Source: an uncultured Eubacteriales bacterium (lineage in GTDB: Bacteria > Acidobacteriota > Aminicenantia > Aminicenantales > Aminicenantaceae). From it: a stretch of DNA of 64,000 nucleotides. This document shows positions 59,420 to 64,000 of the stretch, piece by piece. Within the stretch, counting starts at the first letter, position 1. Each line of letters begins with the position of its first letter. Under the pieces are notes generated by a model that saw only the letters and a list, made by a program, of their open reading frames with translations, searched no databases and was not told the origin of the DNA. Location: positions 17,094 to 81,093 of the forward strand of contig CAZPBN010000012.1 in the NCBI GenBank assembly GCA_964584935.1. Direction: 5' to 3'. The position numbers and the translations under genes are program-made.

Positions 59420-59645
59420 GAATAAGGGGTGGCGCGGCGAAGGGGCTCCCCACCCGCACCACAGTTCTTTGGAGGGGGAACAGCTTCGCTTTCCCCCTTC
59501 CAACGGTCGCTCCGCTCCCTGCCTTTCCTTCTCGAGCTTCGCTCTGCGACCAAGGAGACGTACCCCCTTGGATCCTACATGGATTTGTTTATAAACAAAT
59601 CCTATTGGCGAGGACGGATGGGGAAGAGCCGTGACAGGACCCCTT
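59420..59645. ncRNA. GC-rich, hairpin-dense island (candidate structured RNA of unknown class)
   Basis: About 60% GC within >70% AT intergenic DNA. Terminal pairing AAGGGGT (59423-59429) / ACCCCTT (59638-59644). Internal hairpins GGAGGGGGAA...TTCCCCCTTCC, CCAAGG...CCTTGG, and 22-nt palindrome GGATTTGTTTATAAACAAATCC. Confidence 0.3.
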
Positions 59646-59780
59646 AATGTTTGTTGCTTCTGATGTTTATAATAGAAATTTAAAAATTGAGGGAACTTCA
59701 CTCATCTTCCCTTTGTTGACTAATGAAAGGTGTGCGTTTATAATCAAAAACAAAGCATTTATTAGATTTAGAGGAATGAA

Positions 59781-60107
59781 ATGAATTTTGGATTATATGG
59801 AATTATCATTATTTTTGCCCTTTTTTTTATCATTTTAATGGTCAATCCTAAAATATCTTGTTTTGGGAAAAAGATTAAATCCCCGTTTTATCCTCTTTTA
59901 AGAAAAAAAAAGAAAAAAAAGAAAGAGACAAAAACACAAGATTACGGATTTAAACTAGTGGATGGGGAGGTAAAGCAGCACTCGAAGAAAAAGAAGCACC
60001 CGAAAGCGAATTTAGAAAAAGTTGAAGATTATGGACTTAACCTTAATGATGACAATGAAAAAAATCTTGCCGAAAATAAAAAAAATAAAGGAAAAAGAGA
60101 TTCCTAA
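59781..60107 (+). CDS. Small membrane protein with Lys-rich tail (hypothetical)
   Basis: One TM helix then KKKKKKKETK...; SD GAGGAAT upstream; contains A9 and A8 homopolymers. Confidence 0.35.
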   Translation: MNFGLYGIIIIFALFFIILMVNPKISCFGKKIKSPFYPLLRKKKKKKKETKTQDYGFKLVDGEVKQHSKKKKHPKANLEKVEDYGLNLNDDNEKNLAENKKNKGKRDS

Positions 60108-60807
60108 GTTTTTTTTCAATAGCGTTCTATATATTTTTCTTATATCAACGGGGATTTTATTTCTTTCCAATTGCCGGCCTGCTTCCATAATTCTTTCACC
60201 TCTCCCCGATCATATAGAAAGTATGGAAGGATATGCTTCCATTAAGATTACAGGAGAAGAGAATCATACCAGGGCAAGATTTTCCTTTATTTTGGATTCT
60301 TCTCGAAAGGGGAAAATACAGGTATCAAATGTGATGGGAAAAACACTGTTTCAAATACTCATTGATAAAAATCAAGCATTTTTTGTTCTTCCTTCAAAAA
60401 GAGCATACTGGAAAGGGAAAGAAAAAGAAATTATGAGCAAATTTTTAGGATTTGAAATTGGCCTTTCAGAACTTAAAAGCTTTTTGACTGGACGTTGGGA
60501 AAGGAAAATGATAAATAATCCGGAAAGCAAGGGAATCAAAAAGTGGAAGTTGTTTACTGATGAACAAGGCAGAGCTGTAAGAGGAGAGAAAGGAAATTTG
60601 TGTTTTGAGGTGAAAGAATTTCTGAATGATACATCTATTGCCCGGATTTTTTATTTTTATTATTATAAAAATGAATACCGGTTGAAAATACTTCAAATAG
60701 ATTTCAATCAGCCAATTAAAAAAGGTGTTTTTTCTTTGGGCTATTTGAAAGGTTATGAACAAAAAAGCTGGGCTGAATTAGAAAAATTGATAGAAAATGA
60801 TAGCTAG
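60022..60807 (+). CDS. LolB-like / DUF4292-like outer-membrane lipoprotein (position conserved upstream of ispE)
   Basis: Hydrophobic N-terminus with LFLSNC lipobox-like motif; about 200 aa beta-rich body; the start is probably an internal Met. Confidence 0.4.
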   Translation: MKIMDLTLMMTMKKILPKIKKIKEKEIPKFFFNSVLYIFLISTGILFLSNCRPASIILSPLPDHIESMEGYASIKITGEENHTRARFSFILDSSRKGKIQVSNVMGKTLFQILIDKNQAFFVLPSKRAYWKGKEKEIMSKFLGFEIGLSELKSFLTGRWERKMINNPESKGIKKWKLFTDEQGRAVRGEKGNLCFEVKEFLNDTSIARIFYFYYYKNEYRLKILQIDFNQPIKKGVFSLGYLKGYEQKSWAELEKLIENDS

Positions 60808-61663
60808 ATCCTATGCGAAAATAAACCTAGGGATAGAAGTCTCAGGGATAAGGAAGGATGGCTTTCACGAAGTCAAAACTTTACTTCAGACTATAGACTT
60901 GTATGATGTTTTAAATTTTTTGCCTATAGAGAAGGATTCAATTGAATTAGCAGGAGATGATGTGTCCATATCTTGGGGAAAGGACAATCTGATATATAGG
61001 GCGGCTTCTCTTCTCAAAGAAAAACACAAGGTCTCTTTTGGGGTGAGAATCAAAGTCAAAAAAAACATTCCTTCGGGAAAAGGATTGGGAGGAGGAAGCA
61101 GCAACGCCGCAATCTCTCTTTTTGTTTTAAATGAATTGTGGGGGCTGAAACTCTCAAAGAGCGACTTGATGGGCTTAGGAAAAATTCTGGGCTCAGATAT
61201 TCCTTTTTTTCTTGAAGGAGGAGCGTGCCTTGGAGAGGGGCGTGGGGATGAGATCACTCCTTTGAATGATATGAATTTGTTTTTCTGTCTTTTAACAATG
61301 CCTGACTTTTCGATTATGACCAGGCAAGTTTATAAACGCTTTCAGTTTGACTTGACTTCAAAAGAGAAAGACAGTAAAATTATTCAGTTTCTGAATACAA
61401 AAGAAGCATTTTTTTTAGAGAACAGTTTAGAAGAAACAGTATTTAGTTTATTTCCTCAACTCAAAGCCATTAAGTGTCTTATTCAAAGTCAAGGAGCGGA
61501 TTTATCGCTGGTTACAGGAACAGGCTCAGCAGTATATGGTCTTTTTAAAGATAAGAAAAAGGCTCAAGATGCTCTCAAGGAAGTGGAAAAAAAGTATTCT
61601 TCATGCGTGGTGAAAACACTGGGCAGAGAGGAATACTGGAGGAAGGTAAAAGTTGGGGTGTAG
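60797..61663 (+). CDS. ispE: 4-diphosphocytidyl-2-C-methyl-D-erythritol kinase
   Basis: KINLGIEV, GHMP kinase motif PSGKGLGGGSSNAAI. Confidence 0.9.
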   Translation: MIARSYAKINLGIEVSGIRKDGFHEVKTLLQTIDLYDVLNFLPIEKDSIELAGDDVSISWGKDNLIYRAASLLKEKHKVSFGVRIKVKKNIPSGKGLGGGSSNAAISLFVLNELWGLKLSKSDLMGLGKILGSDIPFFLEGGACLGEGRGDEITPLNDMNLFFCLLTMPDFSIMTRQVYKRFQFDLTSKEKDSKIIQFLNTKEAFFLENSLEETVFSLFPQLKAIKCLIQSQGADLSLVTGTGSAVYGLFKDKKKAQDALKEVEKKYSSCVVKTLGREEYWRKVKVGV

Positions 61664-61725
61664 CCAAGTGGTAAGGCAGCGGACTTTGGCTCCGCTATTC
61701 GGGGGTTCGAATCCTCCCACCCCAG
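61654..61725 (+). tRNA. tRNA-Gln (anticodon UUG)
   Basis: Manual fold: acceptor TGGGGTG/CACCCCA, D-arm GCCAAGTGGTAAGGC, anticodon stem GCGGA/TCCGC with loop CTTTGGC (UUG), T-arm GGGGG-TTCGAAT-CCTCC, discriminator G, CCA not encoded. Overlaps the ispE stop by 10 nt. Close to E. coli tRNA-Gln. Confidence 0.85.
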
Positions 61726-61767
61726 TTTGAATATAAACAGCTTTTATAATGAAACTCCAGGGAAGGA

Positions 61768-62709
61768 TTGGAGGGAAAGATGAAGGTGTTTGCAGGAACA
61801 TCCAACAAGGAATTAGCCAAGGAGGTTTCAGAGTACCTGAATATAGATTTAGGAAAGTGTGTGCTTGAGCGATTCAGCGATGGAGAAATCCATTTTTATA
61901 TTGAGGAAAATGTTCGAAGAGAAGATGTTTTTGTTATCCAAACCGGTTCTTATGATGCGAATTTTCACCTTATGGAGTTATTTCTGATGATCGATGCCTT
62001 CAAGCGGGCTTCCGCGGAAAGGATTTCTGCGGTTCTTCCTTATTATAGTTATGCGAGGCAAGATTGGAAAGATCGCCCCCGCGTCCCCATTTCTGCTAGA
62101 CTCGTTGCTGATTTGATTGAAGCCACGGGAGCAGACAGAGTGTTGACAATGGATCTTCACTCTCCTCAGATTCAGGGTTTTTTTTCAATCCCGGTTGATA
62201 ACTTAATGGCAGGGCCTGTGTTGATAAAATACCTTCGTTCATTGAAATTAGAAGATTTGATTATTGTTTCTCCTGATGCAGGAGGTGTGGGGAGAGCCAG
62301 ATATTATGCAAAGCGGCTGGATGCAAAGTTGGCAATCATTGATAAACGGCGGCCATCTGTCAATGAAGCTGAAGTCCTTCATGTGGTTGGTGAAGTTAAA
62401 GGGAAAAATGCAGTTATTATTGATGATATGATAGATACAGCCGGGACTCTAGTACAGAGTGTCAAAGTTTTGAAAGAGGAAGGAGCGAGAAAAATTTATG
62501 CTGCCTGCACGCATCCTGTATTGTCCGGAAAGGCAATGGAAAGAATAGAAAATTCAGAGTTGGAAGGTCTGATAGTCACCAATACAATTCCGCTTGGTGA
62601 AGAAATAAAATCTTATAAAAATTTAACTGTTCTTTCTGTTGCGGAGCTATTTGGAGAAGCCATCAGGAGAATTCATTTAGGACATTCAGTGAGTTCTTTG
62701 TTTGAATAA
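61768..62709 (+). CDS. prs: Ribose-phosphate pyrophosphokinase
   Basis: KVFAGTSNKELAKEV, DLHSPQIQGFF, PRPP-binding VIIDDMIDTAGT. Confidence 0.95.
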   Translation: MEGKMKVFAGTSNKELAKEVSEYLNIDLGKCVLERFSDGEIHFYIEENVRREDVFVIQTGSYDANFHLMELFLMIDAFKRASAERISAVLPYYSYARQDWKDRPRVPISARLVADLIEATGADRVLTMDLHSPQIQGFFSIPVDNLMAGPVLIKYLRSLKLEDLIIVSPDAGGVGRARYYAKRLDAKLAIIDKRRPSVNEAEVLHVVGEVKGKNAVIIDDMIDTAGTLVQSVKVLKEEGARKIYAACTHPVLSGKAMERIENSELEGLIVTNTIPLGEEIKSYKNLTVLSVAELFGEAIRRIHLGHSVSSLFE

Positions 62710-62721
62710 GGAGGAAGGAAT

Positions 62722-63420
62722 ATGGCTATCACAATTAAATGCGAAAAAAGAGACACTTTCGGCAAGAACGAATCTCGACGCTTGAGAAAAGAAGATAAGA
62801 TGCCTGGCATTTTTTATGGGAGAAATGAAAAAAATATTCCTCTTATTTTGGAAAAAGAGGATATATTTAAAGTATTGAAATCTGAAACAGGAGAAAATAC
62901 TATTTTTAAAATTTCTTTTGGGGATTCCGAAAAAAAGGATGTGATGATCAGAGAATTGCAAAGAGATCCAGTCACAGAGAAAGTTTTGCATGCAGACCTT
63001 GTCCATATCGCAATGGACCAAATAATCAGTATTTCTGTTCCTGTTGTGACAGAGGGAGAGGCTATTGGAGTGAAGAGTGAAGGAGGCTTTGTAGATTTTG
63101 TAACTCGAGAAGTGGATATAGAATGCCTTCCCAAGGATATTCCGGATCATATTAAAATAGATATAACAGACCTTCATGTTAATCAATCATTTAAAGTTGG
63201 GGATATGACTCCGCCGGTGGGAGTGAAAATCACAAGTGATCCGGATGAAATATTGATAAATGTATCACTTCCTCATGAAGAAGAGATTGAAGAAGAGGAA
63301 GTTGAAGAAGAACTTCTTGAAGGAGAAGAGGGCCCTGAGGTTATAGGAAAAGAAAAAGAAAAGGTTGAAGAAGAAGAAGAAAAAGAAGAGAAAGAAGGAA
63401 AAGGCGAAGAGAAGGAGTGA
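62722..63420 (+). CDS. rplY: 50S ribosomal protein L25 / general stress protein Ctc (long form with acidic tail)
   Basis: RDTFGKNESRRLRKEDKMPGIFYG N-terminus, Glu-rich C-terminal tail. Confidence 0.85.
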   Translation: MAITIKCEKRDTFGKNESRRLRKEDKMPGIFYGRNEKNIPLILEKEDIFKVLKSETGENTIFKISFGDSEKKDVMIRELQRDPVTEKVLHADLVHIAMDQIISISVPVVTEGEAIGVKSEGGFVDFVTREVDIECLPKDIPDHIKIDITDLHVNQSFKVGDMTPPVGVKITSDPDEILINVSLPHEEEIEEEEVEEELLEGEEGPEVIGKEKEKVEEEEEKEEKEGKGEEKE

Positions 63421-63423
63421 TAT

Positions 63424-64000
63424 GTGTGGGCTGTGGTTGGATTGGGAAATCCAGGCAGGAAGTATTTACATACAAGGCATAATATAGGATTTGTTTTTAT
63501 TAAAAACTTAGCCAAGAAATGGAAAGTCAGGCTAAAAAAAAGACGGTATTCATCGAAGATAGTTGAAGTCAAACGAAAAAATGATAGAATACTCTTAGTT
63601 ATGCCTCAGACATTTATGAATCTAAGTGGAGTGGCAGTGAAACAGATCATAGAAACAAAAGGAATTTCTCCTGAAAATATGGTGATTGTTTACGATGATT
63701 TGGATCTTTACGGAGGAGAGATCAGGATAAAAAAAGGAGGAAGTGCAGGGACTCACAGGGGAATGAATTCGATTATACAGGAATTGAATAACACCAATTT
63801 TCTTCGGATTAGGATAGGGATAGGACCCATGAATCCTGGAATTGATGCCACGGATTATGTTCTGGCTCCTTTTGAAGAGGAAGAGAATATTCTTATGAAG
63901 GAAAGTATAGAAAAGGCTCTGAAAGCTCTGGAAATGATTCTGGATGGAGATGCAGAAGGAGCCATGAATGAATTTAATCAAAGAAAGAAAATTGTTGACG
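63424..64000 (+). CDS. pth: Peptidyl-tRNA hydrolase (3' end truncated by window)
   Basis: GTG start 4 nt after the rplY stop: VWAVVGLGNPGRKYLHTRHNIGF...VYDDLDL...IRIKKGGSAGTHRGMNS. Runs to the window edge (not in the ORF track). Confidence 0.85.
   Translation, partial: MWAVVGLGNPGRKYLHTRHNIGFVFIKNLAKKWKVRLKKRRYSSKIVEVKRKNDRILLVMPQTFMNLSGVAVKQIIETKGISPENMVIVYDDLDLYGGEIRIKKGGSAGTHRGMNSIIQELNNTNFLRIRIGIGPMNPGIDATDYVLAPFEEEENILMKESIEKALKALEMILDGDAEGAMNEFNQRKKIVD

Noticed and set aside
59420-59645. Tried to assign the GC-rich island to tmRNA, RNase P RNA, SRP RNA or 6S RNA
   Set aside because: No tag-peptide frame, and no P4 (AGGAAAGUCCGGGC) or SRP domain-IV (GGAAGCAGCC) consensus. The multi-hairpin layout is unlike the 6S single long helix. 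Left as unclassified.
63622-63981. Minus-strand 119-aa ORF at the window end
   Set aside because: Region is fully explained by plus-strand pth (GLGNPG...HNIGF), which starts with GTG at 63424.

Overview
This 64 kb segment looks chromosomal, from a diderm bacterium with moderate-to-low GC and AT-rich intergenic DNA. Evidence for a diderm: LPS heptosyltransferase, GmhB, an Omp85-like barrel and lipoproteins. The window spans the replication origin: dnaA-dnaN on the minus strand, three DnaA boxes upstream of dnaA, and an AT-rich unwinding element between dnaA and dnaN.

Most of the content is core metabolism and information processing:
- dprA-topA-xerC plus comEA
- polA
- yceD-rpmF-plsX-fabG-acpP-fabF fused to etfBA
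- a complete rnfCDGEAB operon with rseC
- folD, rpmB, rel, gmhB and a heptosyltransferase
- lolB-like-ispE-tRNA-Gln-prs-rplY-pth
- two different glutamate dehydrogenases: a sigma54-driven small GDH with a Cys4 N-terminal extension, next to a GAF histidine kinase / NtrC-type two-component system, and a ~958 aa NAD-GDH

No CRISPR array, IS element, transposase, phage gene or recognisable defence system is visible.

The most unusual content:
1. A two-gene module pairing a PEP-synthase-like ATP-binding (PPDK_N) protein, which lacks the PEP/pyruvate domain, with a double-receiver protein carrying an internally duplicated C-terminal domain.
2. A signal-peptide-bearing Memo-AMMECR1 fusion, with no radical SAM partner in the neighbourhood.
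3. A ~220 nt GC-rich, hairpin-dense island in AT-rich intergenic DNA that could be a structured RNA.
4. A secreted HExxH-PD40-Omp85-like giant protein plus two lipoproteins directly upstream of dnaA.
5. An orphan archaeal-type GMP synthase ATP-PPase subunit.
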